DNA of 63,850 nt, the filler included, from Octopus bimaculoides (Eukaryota), in the NCBI RefSeq assembly GCF_001194135.2. It is 8 parts of 8 records of this genome, joined end to end, with 100 filler letters (N's around TTAATTAATTAA, not from the genome) between each part and the next. Parts side by side here need not be neighbours in the genome. Positions count along the whole stretch, not along the records: positions 1 to 17,561 come from NC_068996.1; 7 more parts are not named here. The stretch is one strand, 5' to 3'. Both the position numbers and the translations under genes were made by a program. Each line of letters begins with the position of its first letter. Position 1 is the stretch's first letter. This document shows positions 1-11,512 of the stretch, in pieces. Below the pieces are notes generated by a model, which worked only from the letters and a program-made list of their open reading frames with translations, searched no databases and had not been told where the DNA came from.

Positions 1-347
1 AGGGTCTTTAAGTTTCCATACCCTTCTCCCCCAGGCCGGTCTACTTCTGGGCACCCATATTGCCTTGATCTCGAAGTCGCTAACTACTAATCTGTGTTGG
101 GGTGTACATTCTTCGCCAGGGAGGGTTTTGGCATTTATAAGCCTCCCTCTTTCTCTAATTCTGGCGAGGATGTAGTCGATTTGGCTAGAGTGTCTGCCAG
201 ATTGGTAGGTGACTAGGTGACAGGCAGGTTTCCTGAAGTTGGTATTGCAAACCATAAGATCGGTTGCATCACAGAACTCCAGGAGGTTCCCTCCTCGTTG
301 CGGGAACCGAAGCCATAGCCTCCATGTATGCCATGGAAGCCTCCAGC
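1..347 (-). mobile_element. RTE-clade LINE, AP-endonuclease fragment (runs off window start)
   Basis: The reverse strand reads GGFHGIHGGYGFGSRNEEG/LLEFCDATDLMVCNTNFRKPACHLVTYQSGRHSSQIDYIL...ECTPQHRLVVSDF...RVWKLKDP, with one frameshift. These are typical RTE endonuclease motifs. Confidence 0.9.
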
Positions 348-764
348 ACAACACACACACACATTTGTTTAATATCAGGTCACTCCTGATCTGGCAGAAA
401 TATTATCCAAAACATTACAGCCACAACCATCTCATTTTTTATACAGACATTGTGTATCTTGGATTATATTTTCTAAGGGATCCCTCCTTATTGTTGCTGG
501 GGCCAGTTGACTAGATAAAAGATCATTGGATTAAGTGGTCCCTATTCTAGATACAGTTTGGAGTTTAGTGAGGGAGATGTAAGTGATTCACTGGCATATG
601 AAAGCACCTTTATATCACAGACTATATAAATTAGACTAAACTTTTGCAAACTCATCTAGTCCTTAATTTTAAGATGAATGAGATTATTGAGGAGTGATTT
701 TGATGACAGGCAGTGACGAAGAAACTTGTAAGTAGGATTACAGTTAGAACCATGATCCCTATTT

Positions 765-844
765 GAAAAAATCAGCAGGGTCACAAGGTCCTTACAGTTG
801 AGAATAACCAGGATCTTGAGAAAATTGCAGGGGTTAAGGTTTAG
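765..844 (-). pseudogene. Degenerate tandem copy (pseudo-exon) of the FHIP1 exon at 875-954
   Basis: Translates LNLNPCNFLKILVILNCKDLVTLLIF versus the exon's LSLVSLSLFKTLVDLNCEDVMFQLVF. It is offset by 110 nt and lacks AG/GT at the homologous positions. Confidence 0.7.
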
Positions 845-874
845 GGTTATAAAGTTAGAATAAAAATTACTTAC

Positions 875-954
875 TTGAAAACCAGTTGGAACATGACATC
901 TTCACAGTTGAGGTCAACAAGGGTCTTGAAAAGTGACAGGGAGACTAGGGATAA
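875..954 (-). CDS. FAM160A: FHIP1/FAM160A-family exon (LSLVSLSLFKTLVDLNCEDVMFQLVF-K), 80 nt, phase 0 to 2
   Basis: Acceptor ccttattctgcag and donor gtaagt. The peptide matches the vertebrate FAM160A segment LCMVSLSLFRTLLNLSCEDVLLQLVLR (recalled from memory). Confidence 0.95.
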
Positions 955-1239
955 CTGCAGAATAAGGTGATAAATAAGGGTATGTAAATAATAATGATAC
1001 ATACCTAAATGTATGTTTGTATGTTGTTTTATTATCATGTGCTGAGTCTTTTCTGTTAGTTGGATACTAGGGAATGTAGTTGAAGTTTTGTTGATGCTGA
1101 TGTAGTTTGAATCTTGTGTGTTTTGTTGTTGTTGTAAAAGCTATTATGTAGCCTTGAAATTAGGTTCATGCTACGTATAAGTAACTGAAGATGTTACTGA
1201 TAACAGTGATTTCTTCAGGCCCTACATGCTTTGTGTGTA

Positions 1240-1780
1240 CATTTTATTGGGCTCAGAGCTTTTTATGTTTTTCATGATTTTACAATTGATTTTTGGGTGC
1301 CTGATTGGAGGAAGTGGATGAAAACCATGGTCTACATGCATGTCAGAAGTGGGCCATTACTTGGTATTTGGGGTCTAATTGTTATTTGCAGTATTTTTGT
1401 ACCTGGATAAGTTGGGTACATTGAAGTCTCTTTAAATGATGGTGTTAAGGGGAGTGTTGTAATTAAGATATGCAACTTAAGAGAATGAGATATCAGTGGT
1501 GATATATACTATTCATTATATTAATGTGTTTCTTGAATTCATGCATTTCTGGTGTTTTGTGTCCTGTTAGTTTTTTTAAAGTGTTGTACATTATATATGG
1601 GATTCATAATTTTATGTATGCTATGAGGCCTCCGCAGTGGTGAATTGGTCTGTCTGTTCATGTGTTGTGGTTGTAAACATGTTTATTGTAGTGCAGTGTT
1701 ATGTGTGATGACATTTTTGTTTCCATAAATGATTTTATGCTCTTATCACTGCATTGTAATATTTAAATTTTTCCTGCTGG
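1240..1780 (-). mobile_element. Highly decayed non-LTR retrotransposon AP-endonuclease remnant
   Basis: The reverse strand has scattered motifs CGGLIAYIK and (G)DFNVPNL among many stops and frameshifts. Clade not assignable. Confidence 0.45.
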
Positions 1781-1782
1781 CA

Positions 1783-3997
1783 TGAAGGATTCCAAGAAGC
1801 AAGCCAGTATGGAAAAGAAAGATCTGGAAGCTTAAGGATCCTTTGAATAGTCAGAGGTTTAGGGACTTCCTAACTGAAGCATTTGATGAGAAGGAGGAGG
1901 AGTTACAGACTTGCAATATATGGGATAACTGGAAGTTCCTATGAAACAACTTACAGAGAGACACAGATCAAATTTCTGGGTGGTGCAAAGTTCCAACCAG
2001 ACCTAGGGTGACATGATGGTGGAACAATGTAGTTGATAGGGCCATTAGAGAAAAGAAACAGGCTTGGAAGGACTGGAAGGGTGGTGGTAGCAAGGAGCTA
2101 TATCAGGCAGCTAGAAGGGAAGCTAGGAAGCAGGTATACTTAGCCAGGGGTGAAGCAGAAAGGAAGAAGTTTGCCAATGTTCTGCAGCGTGAGGACCATA
2201 AGTGCTTCGGTTTGCAAGAGAGTGTGTCAGGGAAAATTGTAATGTTGTGGGAGGGAAGTGTGTTTGCATGGATGATGGTTCATTTGCAGTTAGTGACTCT
2301 GCTAAGAAAGAGACTTGGAAGTGTCACTATGAAAGGCTACTAAATGTAGAGAACACCTGTGAAGAGAGTCTGCCTAAAGTTTATCCAACAAAGGGACCAG
2401 AAATCCATAGTGTGTGTTGTAGACAAGGCCATGAAGGATACAGAGACTGGGAAAGCTCCTGGCCCATCAGGAATAATCGCTGAAGGCGTAGGTTATGGTC
2501 TAGTTACACGTATAGTTAATCAGGTGGTACACAAAGTCATACTGGTGTAACAATACCATAATCAACTGCTACCAAGGTAAAGGTGACACCTTAGATAGAA
2601 ATAATTACAGAGGTATCAAATAGTTGGATCAGGTGATGAAAGTTACAGAGAGGGTCATAGCCCAACTAATTAGGAGGAGAATTAGTCTAGATGAGATGCA
2701 GTTTTGTTTAGTGTCAGGGAGAAGCACCACTGATGCTATATTTCTGGTAAGGCAGCTGCAGGAGAAATACCTAGCCAGGGATAAACCTCTGTACCTGGCT
2801 TTTGTCGACATGGAGAAAGCCTTTGATACAGTGCCCCGATCCCTTATCTGATGGTCAATGTGGAAACTAGGGATAGACGATTGGTTGGTGAGAGCTGTAC
2901 AAGTCATGTACAGGGATGGTGTCAGTAAGACAAGGGTTGGCAATGAGTATAGTGATAATTCAGGGTACAAGTAGGGGTTCACCAAAGATCAGTCCTCATC
3001 CCCCTCCTGTTCATCATAGTCCTCCAGGTAATAAAAGAGGAATCTAAGACAGGCTGCCCTTGGGAGCTCCTCTATGCTGATAACCTTGTTTTTATAGCTG
3101 AATCACTACCAGAACTAGAGAAGAAATTTCAGGTGTGGAAGCAAGGTCTAAAATTGAAGGGCCTTAGAATTAACCTAGCAAAAACCAAAGTCTTAGTAAG
3201 TGGGAAAGTGGACAAATCACAAATGCCTTCAGGTTAATGACCCTGCTTGACTGTAGGTAGAAGTTACATAAGAAGCATAAGGTGTGGTGTGCAAGAGAGA
3301 CGACTGCACTGATATGGTCATGTGATGTGTATGGACAAGGATAGCTGTGTGAAGAAGTGTCAATCTCTAACTGTGGAAGGAACCGGTGGAAGGGGTAGAC
3401 CCAGGAAGACATGTGACGAGGTGGTGAAGCATGATCTTCGAACATTGGGTCTCACAGGGGCCATGATTAGTGACCGAGATCTTTGGTGATATGCTGTGCT
3501 TGAAAAGATCAGTCAAGCCAAGTGAAATTGTAGTTGTGGCCAATGTTGGTGTCACGTAACTGGCACCCACGCTGGTGGCACATAAAAGTCACCTTTCAAG
3601 TGTTGGGCCTCATGGAGGCAATGTGGCTGATGCCAGTGTTGTGTAACTAGCACCTGTGCCAGTGACATGTAAAATGTACTGTTTGAGTGTTGAGCCTCAC
3701 GGAGGCAATGACAAATGGCTGAGATCTTTGACAATATGCTGTGTTTGAGTAGAAGACTCATCAAGTGAAATTGTAGTCATGGCAGATACTGGTGTCACGC
3801 AACTGACACTCATGCTAGTGGCACATAAAAAAGCACCCATTACACTCTTGGAGTAGTTGGCATTAGGAAGGGCACCCAGCTATAGAAATCATGCCAAATC
3901 AGACTAGAGTCTTGGCCAGCCCCTCAGTTTACTAGCTCTGGTTAAATTGTCCAACCCATGCCAGCATGGACAACGGACATTAAAGATGAGGATGATG
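1783..3997 (+). mobile_element. 5'-truncated, decayed RTE-clade LINE (linker, RT, 3' UTR, GAT tail)
   Basis: Motifs KIWKLKDP, GKAPGPSGI, YRGIK, MQFCLVSGRSTTDAIF, FVDMEKAFDTVPR, LLYADNL and GRGRPRKT, with stops and frameshifts. Ends in gatgaggatgatg. Confidence 0.95.
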
Positions 3998-4434
3998 TGT
4001 TTATAAGGTTTTTCTGTTGTGCTGGAATTTTTAATTTGTATTCAGTGCAACAATGTAGTGTTAATGAAGGAAGATGCTACTTTCTGTTGTATTGTCAGTC
4101 TTACTGACTGTGAAATGTAGTGTATTTCTGTGGAACTTTGGTAAATGTTTTTAAGCATGTCGTTAAAGGATAACCATTAATTCTACTATTATGATCACTG
4201 CAAAAGGCCTTGTAACAACCCATATCAACATTACAAACGAACAAGTTATTATGTACCATTCTAATAGTTCAAAACATGTAAACTTTAGACAACAACTACA
4301 ATAAGCATTTTTACAACAATTTCAATATCACAACTCAAGAAAGCAATGAATATTTACAACCTCTATTTATTCAACAACCACCAACCTCTGTTACCTTCTT
4401 AAGGGTTTGGATCATATTATAAAGAAGCACTTAC

Positions 4435-4602
4435 TTTGCTGTTGCTGTTTATCCTGGTGATTAGTGAGTCAAGTATGACAATTTCATCATTCTTCTCACA
4501 AAGGATAAACCTCAAGAAGGCCTTGATCAAAGTTGGTTCAGTAATCCGTCGTATGAAGAGGTCGAGATAAGCTGTGGCTGTGATGACCTCCTCTCGAGAA
4601 TT
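4435..4602 (-). CDS. FAM160A: FHIP1/FAM160A-family exon (NSREEVITATAYLDLFIRRITEPTLIKAFLRFILCEKNDEIVILDSLITRINSNSK), 168 nt, phase 0 to 0
   Basis: Acceptor ctttcatctctttacag and donor gtaagt. Matches the recalled FAM160A segment TSVEEMIASTAYLELFLRSISEPALLRTFLRFLL...ILDTLVARIGSNSR. Confidence 0.95.
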
Positions 4603-5659
4603 CTGTAAAGAGATGAAAGTATGATAAAGGATGTATATGATGACAATGGAAACAAGGATTTTTGTGATGGGATGAGGTAAGGTGTTATTATGACAGCTTG
4701 GAAATTCTGTAATAAGATGACTGTATTATGAAGGATATGTATAGTTATATGAAATGTGAGAACATTTAACAGCGAACAAACATACACACATATTCTTAAA
4801 ATAACAAGAGATGTGAAAAAAACAAACAGGGATAGAATTTTAAAAAATTTGGTAGGAAGACCCAATTTGGGAAATTATCAGATGAAGTTGGTCAAATTCA
4901 ATGGTTTAAAGATTTAAAAAAGAGGAGGTGGATGGACAGAAAAATGGAAAGGATGGGTTTGAACTGGGAAAGTAAAAAAAAATAGATATCAATAAACATT
5001 AGTGCATTGATGCAAATTGACTCATTTATCAATACACATCAACTATTGGCACCCTCAAAATATGTTGTTTCCTGTCTCTGCTTATTCTAATTCTACATCA
5101 ATAGCCCCTTACCCTCCCAATCTCTTCGCAAAGTCCAAGATTCTGCTATACAAACTAGAGCACTCACTGTTTTTGAACTTGGTGCTAAAATTCATTTAAG
5201 GAGATATTGGAAATTCATTTAAGGAGATACTGTAATTCAAAATCATATTTAACCTGACATGGAAAACCATAATTTAGGCAAAGTTGCTGATTGGTTCAAT
5301 TTGTCATCAAAAGGTTTACTCTGCTTTAGACAACTTTCAGACCTGCATTTAAAAGAATCCCAAAATACCTCAGTCTTCATCAGTTGCTGATCTTCTGAGA
5401 AGCTTGAAAGCTCAAGTAGGCCTATATTGGAACATTGGTCACATGTATATATGACAGAGTTGTTATCCAAACATATATCCTACATTGCATCCAAAAGAAT
5501 TTTCTACTTCATTGATTGTAAGGCTTGGAACTTGTAGTGATTTTGAAGTTCTAGTTTCATGTTTAGAGAAGATGGAGTAGAAAACTGCTCTCTTGATATG
5601 AGCAGTATTGCAATAGATTAGGCAGAGAGAGGAAATTGTGCATCTGTAATAGGTTAAAC

Positions 5660-6190
5660 TTTAAGTCAACAGACCTATGATCAAAGATGTTCTAGCTGTG
5701 ATCATTCAATCTTTTATTTAGGACTACATTGTCTAATGAAAAACATAGTAGTTAGTATTCGTGGCTATAACTGTTGTTGTTTAGCTCCATATTAGTTATG
5801 ATCTGCAAATCTATAATCAGTGGTATTCCACTCATGACTCTGTCAATTTTTGAAATATAGTGAACCTAGAACTACATGTAATCAACTCTTATATAACTAT
5901 TGTTTTTGTTTAGCTCCAGCTTAGTTCTGAGTCAGCAAATCAATGATCAAAGGCATTCCAACTATGATTATTCCATCTAGGACTATATTATCTCATTAGT
6001 CAAATCATTGTCAGTTTGAGCATGCAGATCTACCATCAAAAGCATTCCAGTTATGAGTGGGCTGTACATCTTTTACAATCAGGCATAGAGAATCTTGGAC
6101 TACATTATCTAATGTGTCTCTCTGTTAAGACATTGGATTAACTTGAAAGAGATTTCTGGTAGACTAAGATGCCACAGATAGAGGTTGCTT
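5660..6190. repeat. About four diverged ~130-bp tandem units of an interspersed repeat
   Basis: Recurrent core (t)gatcaaaggcattccaactatga...catc. Related copies occur near 32.7, 46.2 and 54.1-54.4 kb. Confidence 0.6.
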
Positions 6191-6489
6191 TGTCAGCTTA
6201 TAGGTTTGTGAACAATGAAACAGGTTTTAATGCGAAGAAATATGAACAAGTGATGGGTAGATAGAAGACTAGTTAGTTGAGTAACTAACAATCTCCAAAA
6301 CACAATACTGACCATATAAACTGGGGAGTCAAGTATTATAATTGGTAAATAAGATAATTCCTGTCATTTCAGAAAAGAAATACAATTAATATATAAACAT
6401 TATATACATATATAGAATACATGAATGCAAAGATGTAATATAAATACGCAATATTTATAATAAAACAATAACAACAATGATAATAATTG

Positions 6490-7035
6490 TTTCCAATTTA
6501 GACACAAGGCCAGTTTAGGGATTACACTGACCTCAGTAATTGGCTGGTATTTAATTTTTTCAATTCTGAAAGGATGAAAGGCAGAGATTACCTTAGCAGG
6601 ATTTTAATAATTTCTAATTTAAGATACAAGGCCAGCCATTTTTGAGGAGTTGGGGTGATTTGATTAAATTGATTCTGGTACATGTGCTTTATTTTATTGG
6701 CCTTTGAGGAATGGTTGGCAAAGTTAATCTTGGCAGGATTTGAACTCAGAATTTAAAGAATGATGATGATGATAAGGATAATAACAACAGAGATGATATG
6801 GTTAACAATAGTAATGATAATAATATTAATCCATTCTAACTTTGGAACATGGCCAGTAATTCTGAAGGAAGGGAAAGTTGATTATATCAGCCCAGTGCTC
6901 AACTAGTACTTATTTTATTGATTCTGAAAGGTTGGAAGGCAAATTCAATCTTAGCGGAATTTGAACTCAGAACATAAAGCCAGAAGAAATGCTGCTAAGC
7001 ATTTTCCTGATGCACTTATGATTCTACCAGTTCAC
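6490..7035 (-). mobile_element. Cluster of three CpG-decayed tRNA-derived SINEs
   Basis: Variants of gaaaggatgaaaggcaaagtcgacctcggcggaatttgaactcagaac with CG changed to TG/CA. Confidence 0.8.
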
Positions 7036-7929
7036 TTTATTATTAATATTATAATTGATATGCTATAATCATCCAAAGTATTAAGAACAACATAGCTGTT
7101 ATCTACTCCAGGTGTCTGAGTTGTGCCCAGTGCATAACATTTACAGTAATGTAAACGTCTGAACACAACCTGCGCTACACAAACAACACACAAGATAAAA
7201 GCTAATACAACCAAAGACTCAAACCTCATAAAAAAATGTACTGATACAATACAATATCCCCCACCCCACAAAAAGATGCAGCACACATCACCCCACCAGC
7301 ACAGAGGTGCAACAAATGATGCAATAAAAAGTTATAACATCTTTATTTACTATGCTACTGATGAATGTAGGAAAATGTAAATCACTAGAGGATGAAATTT
7401 CCATAACTAATAGACACCGCAGTGGAAAAAAGTACATATAATGCTTGCAGATATCTTAATCAGTAAGACCAGCACTGGCAATTAGCTCAGTATTTGTAAC
7501 ATCCATTGTTGATTCATCAGTGGTCTATTATAGGTTCCAAAATTTGAATCCAGTCTAGTAATATGTACACAACCAAAAATACAACATATGGAAATTATTG
7601 GAGATGAAATGAATCAAAACATAGTGTAGATATAAATACTGAAGAATTTGTTCATCTCTAGAGATGAGGTTAATAGTCTGAAAAATACTAATCCATAAAA
7701 ACTCATCACAGACATTTTATAATATAATGGTTTCAAACCATAGGAACAAGGTCAAACACTTATGTGTGGTCACCAAGTAACTGAATGGTACTTCATTTTT
7801 CTAAACATGGAATATTGAAAGTAAAAACGACTTGGATATCCAACTATAGAAAATCTGACCCAACAAATTCCATCTGATCTATGCAAGCATTGGACAATGA
7901 CGATAATGATAATGAATTGTAACAAAATC

Positions 7930-8115
7930 TAAAAATTCAAGAGAAGGGTCAAGTCAATTACATTGACCCCACTATTTGGCTGGTGCTTTATTTTATTCAC
8001 CTTTCACTGGAGGGATGAAATGTGAAGATAATGTCAGCAGGATTTGAACTCAAAATGTAAAATGTCAGAAAGAATACTGCAAGGCTTTTATTGATGCTCT
8101 AATGATTTTGCCAAC
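7930..8115 (-). mobile_element. CpG-decayed tRNA-derived SINE
   Basis: Same core (ggatgaaa...gcaggatttgaactcaaaatgtaa). Confidence 0.75.
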
Positions 8116-9339
8116 CCACCACCTTTACTACAGTGACAATGATGACAGCAGCAACAGTAGTGGTAGTGATCATCATTTCAGATGTCAGATGTTAAAGCTT
8201 TGTGCTTGACTCAAAACTCAATCATTGTGACAAATGGTGGAAAGACATGTCTCACAAAAAGCAACCACACCATTCAACTATTGTTGTTATACAGGAATCT
8301 TTTTAAATGTAATTCAGTGTGTGCCAGTGATTAACCAGTTATGGCATTCTGAAAAACCTCAGGAGTGTGTACTGGTTGCAGATGACCGTCTGATCATTGG
8401 GACCTGTCTCTTCCACAAGACATGAAAGAGTATGTGTTCTAGACTGTTTAAATGTTTCATGAGAGAAAGTATGGTGGTCATGCAATAACATACCACAGAA
8501 ATAATGTAGATTTAGCCATCTCCACCTGATTTTTCTGTGACAGTTTTCCCTTAGTCATTTTCTGAATGAAACTGGTTACCCTGATTATGACCTCTTCTTA
8601 ATTTTCATCCACCTAGAGATCTGTCCAGACCTGCAGGTGGAGAAAATACCTTAACCAGACTTGCAATCCAGCTGCAGAAGCTACTCTCTGAATGGACATA
8701 TCTTTCAAGGTACCAAGTGACAAGCCCACTGACTTCTTCTGATTAATGTGTGCTTCTGTTTTTCATCACCTACTACTCTTCCAATAGAGTACTGATGTGT
8801 CTAACATTATCATAAATTTCATCTAGTATGAAAATATGGCTCTTCTGTGTTCCAGCTTGAGAGAAATAGATCTCAATTCTTTCAAATTTTGCAACAGTGG
8901 CTTGGAAACTAAACCTACAGGAGAGATGAGAGTCAGTATTGTTGATGGACTGTGAACATAATGCAAAATGGTTCCAAGAGATGACAGTCTGATCACTTAT
9001 GGTCAAACAGCTATGATTAAACTGATGCTGCTGTATCTTGTCTCTGAAAGCATGACTGAAAACAGCTGCATTTAAGATAGCTGCCAAGTAGAAATGGTCA
9101 CATGAGTCCATTGAGTGACTATTATTTCCTTCTGTCTAAATGCATGTGCTTGACCATCAAAGAAATGGTCAAAATTCATTCTCTTGCTTACACTTTGTAT
9201 GTGATGTCTTGCCTAATAATATTTTTTAGTCTACTTAGGAACTCCTTCTTCAGTCTCTCTTTATGAAATAAATCCAATGCAAGTGCTTCAGCTTGATGTT
9301 GCTAAATGATTTAATAAGCTTTAACAAAAACATACATAC

Positions 9340-9426
9340 CTGGTGCAAAGCTGCTCCAAGAACAGGAACAAGAAAGCCATTATAAATATATTTGACAAGC
9401 TGATCACGTACCAGTGGGTGGGCAAT
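9340..9426 (-). CDS. FAM160A: FHIP1/FAM160A-family exon (IAHPLVRDQLVKYIYNGFLVPVLGAALHQ), 87 nt, phase 0 to 0
   Basis: Acceptor ttttctatgattctag and donor gtatgt. Matches the recalled FAM160A segment VAHPLIRNQLVNYIYNGFLVPVLAPALHK and splices in frame to the next two exons. Confidence 0.95.
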
Positions 9427-9603
9427 CTAGAATCATAGAAAATGAGAAAATCACTCACAGAATATGGGTACATGTATGTCACTGTGTGTAAAAGTATGTT
9501 TTGATAGAGTAACATAATTATATATTTCTTTTCTTGTGGCAGTCTTGAGGTTTGAACTCTCTTTTAAGAAGGCACAATTGAAATGTTTGGTTGCTTGTTT
9601 AAA

Positions 9604-9643
<40 letters not shown>

Positions 9644-9728
9644 GCACACTTATATTACATACATACATATAGTTTGTAGAAAACATAAATCCGAAAGAAG
9701 AAGCACACTCTAAGATGTAGAGCAGTAT

Positions 9729-9937
9729 ATATTAAAAGTGGGTAAGGCCGATTTATGGGTTTCCCATCCATAAAGGGTTTAGCTTTATGGTGTATCATCA
9801 GACCCCAAAACCTGTTAGCCTGGGTTCTTAGGCCAACAGGTTTTGGAGTCAGATGATATGCCATAAAGCTAAATAAACTCTTTATGGACGGGAAACCCAG
9901 GGTAATCCCATAAACCAGCCTTCCTCACTTTTAATAT
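9729..9937. mobile_element. Foldback/MITE-like palindromic element
   Basis: Ends are atattaaaagtg and cacttttaatat. The arms are complementary almost to the centre (cctgttagcct / aggccaacagg). Confidence 0.8.
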
Positions 9938-10059
9938 TTATACCTCACACATTTTATACATATAGGTCCTGATATACCTGAAATGGAGAAAATTGGTGTA
10001 TTCCTAATGCAGCACTCAACACTAATCCCTGGCTAACTACACACTTGTACAGGAGTCTT

Positions 10060-10205
10060 CAAATTTAACAATAACAGACAAGAGGATGTGCACATGGAAT
10101 GTATTAGTTTGATGGTCAGTAAAGAGAGAGAGTTTTTGATGTTTCGAGCATAGCTTTTAGTCAGAAAGGAAAAGTCCAAAGCAGGAAAAGAAATTGCCAA
10201 CAGCA
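10060..10205 (-). mobile_element. Penelope-type pseudo-LTR fragment with a degenerate hammerhead
   Basis: Same family as 50815-51070. The reverse strand has CTGACTA AAAGC TAT GCTC GAAAC, a mutated hammerhead core. Confidence 0.6.
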
Positions 10206-10419
10206 AGTGTGTAGTTACATATATANNNNNNNNNNNNNNNNNNNNNNNNNNNNNNNNNNNNNNNNNNNNNNNNNNNNNNNNNNNNNNNNNNNNNNNNNNN
10301 NNNNNNNNNNNNNNNNNNNNNNNNNNNNNNNNNNNNNNNNNNNNNNNNNNNNNNNNNNNNNNNNNNNNNNNNNNNNNNNNNNNNNNNNNNNNNNNNNNNN
10401 NNNNNNNNNNNNNNNNTCC

Positions 10420-10560
10420 ACTGATCAAAAATGGGACTGGAGCAATATGAAATGAAGTGTTTTGCTCAAGAACACATCCCACTGCCCAGTCAGAGTATCA
10501 AACCCACAATCTGGTGATCATGAATGCAACTGCCTAACCATTAAACCACATGCCTTCATG
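10420..10560 (-). mobile_element. tRNA-derived SINE head fragment
   Basis: aatgaagtgttttgctcaagaacac...caaacccacaatc...cctaaccattaaaccacatgcc. Confidence 0.6.
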
Positions 10561-10568
10561 TGTGTGTG

Positions 10569-10620
<52 letters not shown>

Positions 10621-10649
10621 GCATGTGTGTGTGTGTGTGTGTGTGTGAT

Positions 10650-11400
10650 GGTGGTCTAAATAGGGACAACACTCTTTTTGTAATACCCACTAATAGCAAA
10701 TTTCTACTTGAAAGAACTCGCAAAAAAATTAAATTCTTCTGTAACTTTTACCTCGACTTAACTTTTGAACTAGGGACTAAATCTGTTAACTTCTTAGATG
10801 TCTCGCTAAACATAAAATCAGGACTATACTATCCTTATAGAAATCAGATGAAACCACTAGATATGTTAGCAAATTCTCTAATTACCCAGCTCTGTTATTA
10901 AATCTTTAGCTAAAGGGGTTTTATGTAGAATTACGCAACTTTCTGTGAATGAAGATATCTTCAGTTCATGCTCTCACTTCTACAATTCTGCTCTTTCAAA
11001 TGCAGGATATGAACAGGAAATAATATCTGCAAACAACAACAGCAACAATAATAATAACAAGAGCAAACCTCCACCAAGGCAACACCAACATCCTCTCAAC
11101 GATTAACTGGAGATGATTTTTAAAATGAGAATATCTGAAATAAACTCAATGGCTCTCACAAATGAGAATATTGAAAATGAACCTGACCGCTTTCAAAAAT
11201 TAAGTGAAAAAAAACGGAAAAATAATTCAGAATCCTTGTCTGGATCGATCCCAAAATCTAATCAGTTTGTGCGAATCACGAGGCCAAACATCCCTGAAAG
11301 TTTCATCCGAATCCATCCAGCAATTCTTGAAATATCTTGTCCATGGACAAACAAACAAACACGACTGTAAACAATAAATCTGCCTTCGCTAAGACGAAGG
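10650..11400 (+). mobile_element. Penelope-like element remnant: RT C-terminus and linker
   Basis: GLNRDNTL (cf. GLYRDDGL), KSVNFLDVSLN, YYPYRN, SVNEDIF, AGYEQEI, then a degenerate RILVWIDP...KFHPN linker. Confidence 0.8.
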
Positions 11401-11512
11401 CAATAATAATTATAATAATATGAGAATTATAACAATAATAACATTAAAAATACTACTACTACTACTACTACTACTACTAATAATAATAATCATAATAATA
11501 ATAATAATAATA

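Noticed and set aside
4527-4865. 112-aa minus ORF that first looked like a CR1/L2 RT fragment
   Set aside because: Its 3' part overlaps the true FHIP1 exon (4435-4602) in another frame, and the rest is intron.
5249-5485. Possible minus exon DICLDNNSVIYTCDQCSNIGLLELS...
   Set aside because: It lies between two FHIP1 exons that already join without a gap in homology. The acceptor is weak and there is no family similarity.
6200-6260. Possible plus exon FVNNETGFNAKKYEQVM
   Set aside because: It abuts a repeat end, has a weak donor and has no partner exons.
7455-7525. Possible terminal exon TTDESTMDVTNTELIASAGLTD*
   Set aside because: There is no polypyrimidine tract and no evidence for a truncated isoform.
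11113-11370. ORF ending RPNIP...AILEISCPW, resembling a restriction-like endonuclease
   Set aside because: Another frame matches the Penelope linker (ILVWIDP...KFHPN) and is collinear with the upstream Penelope RT.
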